NCBI RefSeq assembly: GCF_963921235.1
Contig: NC_086097.1
Span: 150,910,001-150,974,000 of the forward strand
Source: Mobula hypostoma
Lineage: Eukaryota
DNA: 64,000 nucleotides
Direction: 5' to 3'
Shown: positions 11,822 to 23,624 of the stretch, one piece after another
How positions within the stretch are numbered: the first letter of the stretch is position 1
How the letters are laid out: every line of letters begins with the position of its first letter
Program-made: the position numbers and the translations under genes
The notes under the pieces: generated by a model
Databases searched by the model: none
What the model was told of the DNA's origin: nothing
What the model saw: the letters and a program-made list of their open reading frames with translations, nothing else

Positions 11822-12677
11822 TAATCAACAAAAAGGACAATTTATATTGAACAGTCAACTTGCATTTAAAGTAAAATGATGAAATTCAGGCCAGGTTGGA
11901 AAATAATAAATCAAAAATCTGAATCGAAGACCAAGAGCATTTTGGGTTTACTCTGCCATGAGTTTTGTTTCCACCAGCACTCTCGTCTGCCATGTCCGTT
12001 TGGAACCCTGATCTCTTGTCAAATAATGCAAGGATGGCAGTCCAAATCTTGTCCCATTATGTCTCATGCATCAAAACAGATTTATCCCATCAAAAATAAT
12101 CTCAGCTTGGGTTTAGTCAGGGCCATGGAGCTACATGCTTCCTTACAGCTTGGTCCAAACACAGCAGAGGAGTTGAATCACAGAGATGAAGTTATCAGGC
12201 TCCTCTTGATTCACATCAAAGTGATTGAAGACATCTTCATTAGTGCAGACAAGTGCTCAACAGCTGTGGATTTTTTTTTTTGTTTTTGTTTTCATCAACA
12301 ATTTAACAGATCTCTTTGCCGCTTCACACGATCAAAGTGACCAAGATGCCAGAGGCAGACACTTTCATTTTCAGCTTTTATTTCACTTTGTTCAGATGAA
12401 AGACGTAACGAAGCCTGGAAACACAGGGTCTATCTGCGCCCAAACCAAGTATTTGAGAGTAGGTCATTGTTGAATAAGCGCTTCTCGATTGCACTGTTGA
12501 GAACTTGTATTATTTTGCTGAGGAATAAGAGTGGAATAATATAGCGGAAGTTAGGTTATCTGGACTTTTCCTGCCTTTTCAACCACATTACCATCAATAT
12601 CTTGGGATTGCTAATGATTAGACAATTTTATTGATTTTCCAATGGATATTTTGTCTGTTACAGAAAATCAGAAACTA

Positions 12678-13645
12678 CAGTCAGTGACCACTTTATTAGG
12701 TACCTCTGGTAGGTTCATGGTCTTCTGCTGCTGTAGCCCATCCACTTCAAGGTTCAATGTGTTGTGTGTTCAGAGATGCTCTTCTACATCCCGCTGTTGT
12801 AATGTGTGGTTATTTGAATTACTGTCACCTCCCAGTCAGCTTGAACCAGTCTGGCCATTCTCCTCTGACCTCTCTCATTATTAACAAGGCATTTTTGCAT
12901 ACAGAACTGTCACTCACTGGATGTTTCTTTTTGTTTATCGCACCATTTCTGCAAAATGCTAGAGACTAATGCGCAACGTTGGAGCTCACGGTTCAGTCCA
13001 CTGGTTTCTCGTCGACCTCCTCCAAGCGTAGCCAGCCCTCGGACCCTTGCTGTAATCCCACTCCATCCGGCAGTCTACCAATTGTCTCCATTTGCGTCTT
13101 CTCTCCTCATCTCTTCCCAGCAAGGGACCATGAAATCCCCTTTCCCAGTCCCACAAGAAAGAACAACATCCCTCTCATTGGATAGCCCCACATTCCAAAG
13201 CCCTGTTATCTCCAGTCATAACCCAAACATTGGTGCTACATAGAAACCATTACATTAGCAGTGAAACCAAACAGCACGTAACACTTGCTTTGTTTTGTTT
13301 TTGTTTGTGCAATTTGTTTATTTTGCATGTGGGGGGATTGATGTTTTTTTTCTTGGAATGGTTTCCATGCATCTTTGTTTCATGGCTGTCTGTGGGGACG
13401 ATGAATCTCAGAGTTATATTCTGCATACATACTTTGTACACTGTGTACATACTTTAATAATAAATGTACTTTGAACTTTGATTACAATTCTCCCCCATTC
13501 TGATGTTTGGTCTGAACAACAACTGAACCTCTTGACCATGTCTGCATGCTTTTATACATTGAGTTGCTGCCTCATGATTGACAAATCAGGTATTTGCATT
13601 AATGCGCAGGTGTACTGGTGTATCTAATGAAGCAACCACTGAGTA
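12678..13645. mobile_element. Non-autonomous Tc1-like element with nested LTR fragment and LINE tail
   Basis: TIRs CAGTCAGTGACCACTTTATTAGGTAC and GTATCTAATGAAGCAACCACTGAGTA; TA on the left side. Confidence 0.7.
12975..13265 (-). mobile_element. LTR fragment related to the solo LTR at 52060-52772
   Basis: GAAAGAACAACATCCCTCTCATTGG...CATAACCCAAACA matches GAAAGAATAACATCTATCCCAATTGG...CATAATCCAAACA near 52590. Confidence 0.5.
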
Positions 13646-15499
13646 CATAGATCCTGTGACAATTGATCAACTTCCTGAATTCATAATACCTATCCACCAG
13701 CTCAAGGCAAGCTGAAGGATGATGGGATACTTTCAATTTCCTTGGCTGGGTGCGGCTTCACCAATACTCAAGAAGCTCAGTATCTTATGGGTCAAAGCAG
13801 CCTGCCACCCCTTTCATTAACCCTTTAACAACAGCATACTGTGTATAACCTACAAAATACACTGCTGTTACTGTCCAAGGTTACTCTACATTTCCTAAAG
13901 CAGAAACATCTACCTATCAATAAGATGCACAGGAGAAACAGATACATTATAACACTACCTTCTGTAGGATCCCCTTTATATTATCCTGACTTGGAAATAT
14001 ATTGTTTTTCCATCATCACTGTGCTTTATCTTCAGAACTTCTTATCCAACAATTGTGTGAGCATTTTAGTTGAAAAGGCTGCAGTGTTTCCAGGAGTCCC
14101 TGTGCCACTAACTTCTCAAGAGCATAAAGGTTGGGGACTAAATGCCAGCATTACAGTTGATGTCCTCACTGCATAGATTAATGGGGGGGAAAAAGCTCCT
14201 TAGTTGTTGCAGTCTGGATTGAGAACTGCGCAGAGCGAAGATCCAGATTAATCATCCTTAGCAACAGGACAAAAACAACCGTGGAGCTGCGAAGTAACTA
14301 AGCCCCTGTAAAGTTAATACTTTGCTGATGAAGGTCGACATCACAGACACTCTACACTGCTGATGAGAAGTACCAGCCAAAGTGAATGACTATTAAAGGT
14401 GACAAGTAATGCTTTGAGAGGCTGGCAATAATGAGGCCCCAGAGGACAACTAATGTACTGACAATGTAATTCAACCCAGTGTCGTAGTGCATTGCATACT
14501 CAATGGAGATTGTGCAGTGGCACCTTTTCCATTAATTCCTTTTGTGCTGTACAATTCAGGAAATACTGAAATAATGGCACACTGAAATCCATATATTTTA
14601 CATATGTAAGCTTCTCAACTTCCGCCAGCTGGGGAAAGAAGATCCAAATGGTGATTTTATTCTGATCAATATCTTGAAGATCATGAAGATTGTTTATCCT
14701 GAAAGAAGCAGGCAGTTTCTGCCAATCAAATCCTTCTCGTCTTCCCTTCCCCATTTACTTTTTAATTTTCTCCCCAACTGAAAATAAGTTATTGGCCAGG
14801 AACTTGCTAAGTAAAAATTAAGACTGGCAGTTCTCACTGTGGCTATGAAGTAAATTGGGAATAGGGAAATCTACATGCGGCTGTGACTTGCCTTGTTCCA
14901 TAGACAATGTTATGAATAGAGGCAGCTGTAAGCAGATGGAGTGAGAATTGCTATGAGGCTCATTATTTTATCTCACAGAACACTCAAAGGATTGCAGGTG
15001 GCAGGACAGGCAATGATTTCTCATCATTGAAAAGCCTAGAGCTCGCGGAGAGACTGTTGGTGAGTGGTGAATAGCCTAAAGGATCAATGAGCAGGAGTGC
15101 GTAGGGCTGTTGAAAAGAGAGGTTTGGAGGAATGAGAAGGCTAACGGTAGCAAAGAGCATCCTTAGGCTGGGCTTAGGTTGGTGCAGGATGGTTGCAGTG
15201 AGATGATTGGCAATGCAGCAAAGGTGAAGACTGTAAGGGGCTTAAACACTGAGGAGATAATAGGAAATGATGGTTGTGGAGGTCGCAAGAGATCTGTGGA
15301 ACGGGAAGGTGAAGATTGTGGGTGGGGTGAGCTGATAACTGTGGATGAGATGATGAACTAGGTACTTTATCTTATGAAAGAATGACATCTTGGATTTCAG
15401 CAGCCCAGGCAGGGATCGTTAACTAATACCAGACTATCTTCACTTCTCTGGTTCTGGACTCCTCTTGTGCTTGAGGGGCCACACTGTCCATTGGGTCAT

Positions 15500-16645
15500 T
15501 GAGTACAAGCTAAAAAGGTCATGTTACAGCCATATAAAACTTTGGTTAAGCGTATGGCTTGTCATTCTGATTGCTTAACTGTAGGAGGGAGAGGGTGCAG
15601 TGGAGGTTTATGAGGATGCTGCCCGGATTAGAGAGTATGAACTATATGGAGAAGTTGAACAAATTTGAGTTGATTTCTCTGAATCATTGGAAGTTGAGGG
15701 GAGACCTAATAAAAGTTTATAAAATTGAGAGAACTGTGGTTAGTGTTGACCATCAGAATCTTTTTTCCCTAGTATAGAAGCGTCGGGAGGAGAAGATGGC
15801 AGCACGACGCAGCTCGCAGCGGCCGCTCCGGTGGTGATGTCTGTTATTTGTCAAGTAGGGTGCTGTGCACAATCTTGATTTGATGGAGACGGACATGAGA
15901 GTGTGGAGGAACATCTGGTGAAGCTTCTGAAATGCCTGCTTCACTGCTGCTGCTACTATGTGGTCCAGAATCTCTGGAAGAGAAGGCCCTGAGTCCTCGA
16001 CTTTGCTTGTTGCTCGGCGGCTGGGGCAGGGTCGAAGCACTCGGCAGAGGATGGTGCTCGGAGAGGCTGTGTCAGAGGCTCGAAGTTTTCGGACGGACTC
16101 AGAGTCTGCTGCGGATGGGTGCTTCCAATGATGCTGCATCGGCAAGTTGGCGGCGCTTGGAGGTTCATGGCAGGGAGAGTTTCTCCTTTCTGCCGCCTGC
16201 ATGAGATGACAAGTCTATCGGGACTTTGAGACCTTTTTTTACCGTGCCCATGGTCTGCCCTTTATCAAATTATGGTATTGCTTTGCACTGTTGTAACTAT
16301 ATGTTATAATTATGTGGTTTTGTCAGTTTTAGTCTTGGTTTGTCCTGTGTTTTCTTGTGATATCATTCTGGAGGAACGTTGTATCATTTTTTAATGCATG
16401 CATTTCTAAATGACAATAAACGAGGACTGAGTGTCCTCATAATCTAATCTAAATACTCGAGGACATGCACTTAAAGCGAGAGAGGGAATGCTGTTTCCAC
16501 AGAGGGCAGTAAGTGCATGGATGGGTTATCAGGTGTACTGTTGGAAGCAGATATGATAATGATATTTAAGAGACAGACATCTGAACCTGCAGGGAACAGA
16601 GGGATATGGATTATTCCAGGCAGAAGAGATTTAGTTTAATTTGGT
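15500..16645 (+). mobile_element. CR1 3' end, interrupted by the 15785-16452 insert
   Basis: ORF 15571-15777 ERVQWRFMRMLPGLESMNYMEKL...LRGDLIKVYKI. Confidence 0.8.
15785..16452 (+). mobile_element. Non-autonomous LINE-derived retroelement (~670 bp), copy 1
   Basis: GC-rich head starting GGAGGAGAAGATGGC, AT-rich 3' UTR, AATAAA, (TAATC)n tail; colinear with 17616-18302. Confidence 0.8.
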
Positions 16646-16654
16646 ATCATGTGT

Positions 16655-17520
16655 AACACGGTTTTGGTCTGACACCCTTCATCAGGAATAAAAAGGAAGG
16701 GGGAAGAAGCCAGACTAAGAGATGGGGGAAAGGAAAGGAGTTCAAGCTGGAAGGTGAAGCCAGGTGGATGGGAAGGGGGTGGGAGGATGAAGTGAGAAGC
16801 TGGAAGGTGATAGGTGAAAAAGGTAAAGGGCTGAAGAAGCAGGAATCTGATAGGAGAAGAAAGAGGACCATAAAAGAAAGTGAAGGAGGAGGGGCACCAC
16901 AGGGAGTTGAAAAGCAGATGAGAAGAAGAGAAGAAATTAGAGAGGAGCCAGAATGGGAAATGGAAAAACAGAGAAGGTAAAGCAGTTAGAAATTACTGGA
17001 TATTAGAGAAATTAGGTTGGAGATTACCCAGACTGAATACGAAGTGTTGCTTCTCCAACCTGATAGTGGCCTTATCAGGGCAGTAGAGGAGACCATGGAC
17101 CTACATGGTGGAATGAGAATGGGGAATGAAAATAAAATGACTGGCCACTGGGAAATCATTCGGTGATTTGTTTTGGATCAAGCGAAGGTGCCGGATAAAC
17201 TGGTCCCCCAATCTACGTTGGGTCTCACTGATGTAGAAGAGTCTGCCCTTGGAACTTCAGGTTCCTAACAGATGACCCTGACAAACTTGCAGGTGAAATG
17301 TAGCCTCACCTGAAAGGACTGTTTGAGGCCCTGAATGGAGTTGAGGGAGGAGGAGAATGGAATGATGTTTCACTTCTTCCACTTGAATAGATAAGCGTTT
17401 AGAGGGAAGTCAGTGGGGAAGGACGAATGGACAAGGGATTCACAGAGAGAGTGATCCCTGTGGAAAGTGGAGAGTGGGGAGGCATGGTGTGTCTGGTGGT
17501 AGAATCCCATTGAAGATAGG
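16655..17520 (-). mobile_element. Older Penelope-like element 3' part (decayed GIY-YIG and pLTR)
   Basis: Colinear with 55610-56480 (e.g. CAGGTGAA..CCTCACCTG.AAGGACTGTTTG.GGCCCTGAATGG); decayed hammerhead at ~16658-16690. Confidence 0.8.
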
Positions 17521-17615
17521 TGTGTTCAGTAGTGCGTGGAATATTGAACTATGACATCGAACATGACCAGTTGTCCCCATGAGAATGAGACTAAATTTTA
17601 CAATCAGTCCTTCTA

Positions 17616-18302
17616 GGAGAAGAAGATGGCGGTGCAACGGCAGCACGCGCGGCTACTTCAGTGGTGATGTCTGTTATCTGTCAAGTATGGGACCGTGCAC
17701 AATTCTGATTTGATGGAGACAGACGTGAGAGTACGGAGGAACATCTGGAAAACTCCTGATATGTCCGCTTCGCTGCCACTGCTACTGTGTGGTAACCAGA
17801 ATCTCTGGAGCAGAAGGCCCTGAATCCTCGGCTTTGCATGTTTCAGCAGCCGGGGCAAGGTCGAAGGTGCTCGGCAGAGGATGGCGCTCAGGCGGCTGTA
17901 TTGGAGAGGCTGGTCGGAAGCTCGAAGTTTTCGGATGGATGGACTCAGTGTCGGCTGGGGTCGGCTGCTTCCAAGGCATCGGCAAGTTGACGGTGCCTGG
18001 AGGTTCATAGCAGGGAGTTTCTCCCTTTTGCCGCCTGCTATCGGGGACTCGGGAGTCGATCGACTCAGGGACTTTCGAGATTTTATTTACCGTGCCCATG
18101 GTTTGTTCTTCATCAAATTATGGTATTGCTTTGCACTGCTGTAACTATATGTTATAATTATATGGTTCTGTCAGTGTTAGTCTTTGGTTTGTCCTGTTTT
18201 CTGTGATATCACTCCGGAGAAACATTGTATCATTTCTAAATGCATGTCTGCATTTCTAAATGACAATAAAAAGTGGACTGAGTGTTCTCATAATCTAATC
18301 TA
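17616..18302 (+). mobile_element. Non-autonomous LINE-derived retroelement, copy 2
   Basis: Starts GAGAAGAAGATGGCGG, ends AATAAA...TAATCTAATCTA; TCTAG on both flanks (17612-17616, 18299-18303). Confidence 0.8.
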
Positions 18303-18530
18303 GCCCTTCAAGCCATGGCACCCAAAAACCCTTGATAGCCCTGATTTCACCCTAATCTAAACATGGGACAATGACCAATGACCAATTAATCTACCCATAT
18401 TGTGGGAGTAAACCGGAGAGCACCCGATGACAACCCATGTATTTTACAGGGAGAACATACAGAGAGAGGAGGCAAGGCTTGAACTCCAAACTCCGAAACC
18501 TCAAGCTGCAATGGTGTCATGCTAATCCAA
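18303..18530 (-). mobile_element. HE1-like V-SINE
   Basis: TGTGGGAGTAAACCGGAGAGCACCCG V-domain (reverse). Confidence 0.65.
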
Positions 18531-18884
18531 ATTTCTAGAAGTACATTATCTGTACTCAAAATACCAATTATGTTTAATGAACAGGCTTTGATAAACTTTG
18601 CTTCACTGGGCAAGAACATTTCCAAGGTTGGATGCACATAGTGTTCCAGTGTTTACCTAACAGTTACTCACTAGAGCCGGCAAACTTATAACCAGTGTAT
18701 TCAGATGTTAGAGAATTTTTTAATCCTGAAAATATCTTAATTGAACAACTATTTTGGCCCTCACAATTTTCTGCCTCATTCATTCATATTTTAATCAATA
18801 TGAACTATTTTTAAAAATTGAAATTGTCAGCTTTTACTTTGGTTTAATTTTTTATGTCTCTTTTCTCTCATTTGGGTGGTGGGG

Positions 18885-19250
18885 TAGAGATACATCGCTA
18901 CCAAAGGAGATGCAAGGTGCTCCTTTCCTCTGCTAGTCTGAAGGTCACCCTTGGAAAAGTGCATGACCTGCTTAGCTCACTGGTCAGGGTCACATGAAGC
19001 CGTGGGGGCAGGTGGTGGATGCTCGTGTGAGCAGCTGGTACACATCACAAGTCCTGGTTATGTCACCAGTGACATCAGGCAGACAATCTCCGAAGTGTAA
19101 TGATAATGGCTGGGGTCACCTGTCTTGTAAAGACACTGCCCAGAAGAAGGCATTGGCAAACCACTCATGTTGAAAAATTTGCCAAGAACAATCATGGTCA
19201 TGGGACCATGATCGCTTACGTAATGCAACATAGCACATAACGACGATGAT
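18885..19250 (+). mobile_element. RTE-related non-autonomous element
   Basis: GAAGGCATTGGCAAACCACTC motif typical of RTE/BovB-related 5' regions; (GAT)n-like tail. Confidence 0.5.
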
Positions 19251-19956
19251 GAATATTTTTCTCATAATTGAATTTTACATCTTTTTTTGTCCCCACTTTC
19301 TATAAGTGATTTTACATGCTGCTAACCATGCCTCGTGTTAGACTCGGAGTATCAATCTGATTCGTCAAATAGCCATGCTGTTGCTATATTCAAATATGCC
19401 ATCAACTGCCTATGCAGTGCATTGCACTAGAAGCAGTATCAGAAGCTGTTGCTGAAAAGATTAATGGAGCCTTTTCTTAACAACAGGCTGGCAAACAGGA
19501 TTTGAACCTCTTCTTGTCAATTCAGCAGAGCCTTCTATTGAGTGATAGAGCGGTCTATAGAGGTAGCGGTACTTGTGCAAGGTCTTGGCCCTTTGTTGCC
19601 AGACATCTCCTGCTACCAGCAGTCCTGGTGGTGCCAAATAATGTTGGTCCCTCAGGGTTGATGAAGCTATTCAGCAGCTTTTAATCCTTCATTTAGATCC
19701 TTTGTGGTTTACATGGCTTCTGAAATCCTGCCCAAGACCATGGTAAGGAGATTTCTGGTTTTCTAAAGTATTTATTCCGAGGTGCTTGGTTTTGTTCAGA
19801 GCTTGTTTGTACTCCATGGTCCATAGAGGGGGTGGGCAGCCATGGCAAGGCCTGGTGCAGTTCTGCTGCCTGCTGCCACACACAAAGATACAGCTGACTG
19901 CAATGTCTTTTTCTTTGTGCTAGGCTGACCTTCCAAACACATCTATGGGATGAGAA

Positions 19957-20142
19957 ACAACACCCACAAAATGCTGAAGGAACTCAGCAGAGCAGGCAGC
20001 ATCAATGGAAAAATGTACAGTTGACATTTCGGGCTGAAACCCTTCGGCAGGACCTGCTGAGTTCTGTCAAAGGGTCTCGGCCTGAAACGTCCACTGTACT
20101 TTTTTTCCATAGAAGCTGCCTGCCCTGTCGAGTTCCTCCAGC

Positions 20143-20202
<60 letters not shown>

Positions 20203-20218
20203 TGTTTGTGTGTTTGTG

Positions 20219-20302
<84 letters not shown>

Positions 20303-20338
20303 GCTTGGATTTCCAGCATCTGCAGGCTTTCTCTTGTT
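19957..20338. mobile_element. Inverted pair of Penelope-like termini with two decayed hammerheads
   Basis: 19957-20053 is the reverse complement of ~20061-20150 plus 20300; possible TSD GGGATGAG / GGGACGAG (19947, 20341). Confidence 0.8.
20145..20300. repeat. (TG)n microsatellite, ~155 bp, imperfect
   Basis: Seen directly; expanded from the short TGTGTG in the PLE terminus. Confidence 0.98.
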
Positions 20339-21204
20339 CAGGGACGAGGAGGTTGGAAATGAATTGCAGGGATTCCACTGAATATAATGGCAGGAACTTC
20401 ACTGTGGCTGGGATGAACCAGAGACTGGGGGCTGGCTCACTGTTATATAGCTGCATGAGTTAGAAAGACATTGCATGATGCCAATCAGTTCTTGGCTGGT
20501 TTCCCTTTGAAAGAAAGAGTACACTAGGGACAACAGATGACAGGTATGCAACAAGTATGGACAGGACAGCAGGTGTGAGAAGGGTCTGGCTGTGTGATGG
20601 CATTTGGCTCACTGTCAGAAAAGCCCTAATTTCAAAAGAAGAATTTAAGCCTTATCCAATATAGCTATCTACAACTATCTTCCCTATAGGGAGGTTATAC
20701 TGTACCCACCTATTCTTCAATGTATAGCGTATTTCCTTGTCTAGTCTCTGCGACCAGGACTACCTTGAGTGGTGCTTCCCCCCTCCCTACCACGGAGGGG
20801 TTACTTCCAGCTAATGAAGTGATTCAAACACAGTTTATTTTATTTTTAATGATACACTCTTAAATGTAGTTAATAACTAGCTCTTAACACACATTAACAC
20901 TTACAGAGAATTTCTGATTTACAGAAGATTTGCAAACTATAAAGTATTTCCAAACACAGGTACAATTTGTAGCACTGTTTGCAAATCTGTCCTTTTAGCT
21001 TCAAACTGAATTTTGCTTGTAATTTACATTAAGAACTGAAGACTGGTTCTTGTTTAGGAAGGAATATTGGTTAGACATTTAACGTGGTCATAATCAACTC
21101 TGACCCCATTGGAAAGGTCATGCTGCTGTGCTAGAAAGCTGAGGTCAGCAATAAGCCTCTTTTGCCCTGGAAAGTGAAAATGATCACAGCAATCACGGTG
21201 AAGA

Positions 21205-21590
21205 AAAATCCCAAGAAATTCTATATGTATACACGGAGAGTAAAAGGATGGCTATGGAGAGAATAGGTCAACCTAAAGATTATCATAGCCTTCCGTGTGT
21301 GAAACCAAAGCCCAAAGGAAGTGGGTGTTACTTTTAATGAATATTCCTCTACAGTTATTATTGTAGAGAAACTGTTGAAAGTCAGAGAAAGGAGGAAAAA
21401 GGTGAGTGTTGTCTTGGACTGCATAGGAATTAGCAGAGAGGGGCTGTTAGAGGCCTTAAAATGCATCAAGTCGATAAATTCCCAAGGTCTGGCTGGGTGC
21501 ATTCCCCCAGGTGGGGGAAGAAATTATGAAGGCCCTTGCAGGGACTTTTGCTTATCCTCTGGCCAAAGGTGAGGCACATTAGCAGCATTT
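21205..21590 (+). mobile_element. CR1 ORF2 fragment (upstream of RT)
   Basis: KKNPKKFYMY..SKR..ERIG.LKD and LEALKCIKSINSQGLAG remnants. Confidence 0.65.
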
Positions 21591-21639
21591 ATAAGTGAAG
21601 TAGACGGATACCACTAGGCTACTGTGCCACTCCTTATTG

Positions 21640-23525
21640 GGCCCACAACAGCTCACAATATCCCATGTGGTCTGACCAATGCTTCTAAAGCACAAGGACT
21701 ACAGTTTTGCTCTTATCTTCTATGCCTCTTGAAATGAATGCTGATATTGTGTTTGCCTTCCTTACCACTTACTCAACCTGCAAGTTAACCTTTAGGGAAA
21801 CCTTCCCAAATCCCTTTGCACATCTGATTTTTGAATTTTCTCAGTATTTACAAAATAGTCTATGTCATTGTTCCTTTGACCATGCACTTCCTTACATTAT
21901 ACTCCATCTGCCCATTCCGCCAATCTTTCTAAGTCCTTCTGCAGACCTACTGTATAATGTGATATATAACGTAAAAAAAGCAGTCCCAATATGCACCCCT
22001 GTAGAACATGCCTAGTCACCAGCAGACAACCAGAGTAGGTCCCCTTTATTCTCACTCTTTACTTCCTGCCTGTCAGCCAAACTTCTAAACACACTAGTAT
22101 CTTTCCTGTAATAGTATGGGCTCTTATCTTGTTAAACAGCCTCATGTGCAACACCTTGTCAAAGGCCTTCTGAAAATCCAAATAAGCAACATCAACTAAC
22201 TATCCTGCCTGGTATTTCCTCAAACAGTACCAACAGATGTGTCAGGCAAGATTTCCCTTAAGAAAACAATGCTGCCTTTGGCTTACTTTATCATGTGCTT
22301 CCAAGTACCCTGAAGCATTGTCCTTAATAATGCACTCTAACATCTTTCCAACCACTGAAGTCAGACTAATGTAGTGTATTAGATTTTGTTAAACATGGTA
22401 TGCATGCCTGTCAGGTCAATGACCACTTAACTATTTCCGATCTTGTAGCATATGAAGTTCATAGGTCTGTAAGTGACTAAATGTCTGTTAGTGAATGAAC
22501 ACCTAGAATGTCTGTCCAGTGGTTCGATAGCTGGATTGATGGATTCTTTTTGGATTCCAGTTTATAGCTTAAATGCGTAAACTTTAATGTACTTTGTAAG
22601 CCCAAGGATTGTAAAGTGTCCAGACATGAAGGAATGGGATTGCAACGAGTAACCATTAAAATGTCTAACTGAATTATGAGGACTGTGCTAATGGACACAG
22701 GATGTGTTTGAAAACAAAAGCAGGCGTGAGAACAAAAGAACAAAGATTTTGTCTGTCTCGTGGTTACTCTGTGCTTGTAAAGCTTGTGGATATCTTGGCC
22801 TATTTTTTGAATTTTCTTTGGATTTCAACTGGGACCGGCATTGTGATCGGTGCCTGAGACTTCAGTGTGGTTTCACGAGTGAGTTGGAAATCAGAGTTCC
22901 CCTGACAGCAACAACGATCAAGTGGTGACTAAGAATTCTGAGCCCAGAAACCTTTATGACTTGCATTAATGTTTGTGACTTGCTAGGTATTATTCTGTGT
23001 GGGTTAGTTGTGCTATCTATTTTATGATAATGAATTAGGCTTGTTACTTTGCTGTCTTTGTACACTTGTCATCACGTCTCCTGGACATTTGAATAGTTGG
23101 ATCTAATCTACCCAGCCCAGTACAGCTAACTGGCCTAAAATTTCCTTTCTTCTGCCTCCCTCCCTTCTTAAAGAGTAAAGTAACCTTTGCAATTTTACAG
23201 TCCTCTGGAAACATTCCAGATTTTAGTGATTTCTGAAAGATCATTAGTAATATTTCCACTATCTAGGTCTATTCCATCTGACCCAGGTGACTTATCTACT
23301 TTCAGACCTTTCAGGTTCCCAAGCACCTTCTCCTTAGTAATGGCACCTACGTTCTCTTCTGTCCCTGACACTCTCAAATTTCTGGCATACTGCTAATGTC
23401 TTCTACAGTGAAGACTGATTGCCTGCCATTTCTTTGTCCCCATTTCTAACTCTCCAGTGTCATTTTTCAGCAGTCCAATATCTGCACTCACCTCTCTTTT
23501 ACTCTGTACATATCTGAAAAAAAAC
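21640..23525 (-). mobile_element. CR1 ORF2 fragments, interrupted by a solo LTR
   Basis: IFQKSLKSGMFPEDCKIAKVTLLFKKGGRQKKGNFRPVS (23044-23259); LKGLKVDKSPGSDGI (23195-23377). Confidence 0.85.
22370..23124. mobile_element. Solo LTR, 755 bp
   Basis: TGTA...TACA termini; 5-bp TSD ACTAA / GCTAA; cleanly splits the CR1 NxRPVSLT codons. Confidence 0.75.
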
Positions 23526-23624
23526 TTGTAGAAGAATGGCAGGGAATCTCATTGAAACCTACCAAACGTTGAAAGTACTAGATAGGGTGGATGTGAAGAG
23601 AATGTTTCCTATGGTGGGGATATT

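Noticed and set aside
20002..20463. His/Thr- and Cys/Val-rich ORFs
   Set aside because: Translations of the (TG)n microsatellite
19500..20620. Ancient Tx1/L1-like coding remnant on the minus strand
   Set aside because: Only vague resemblance; no diagnostic motif recoverable by eye
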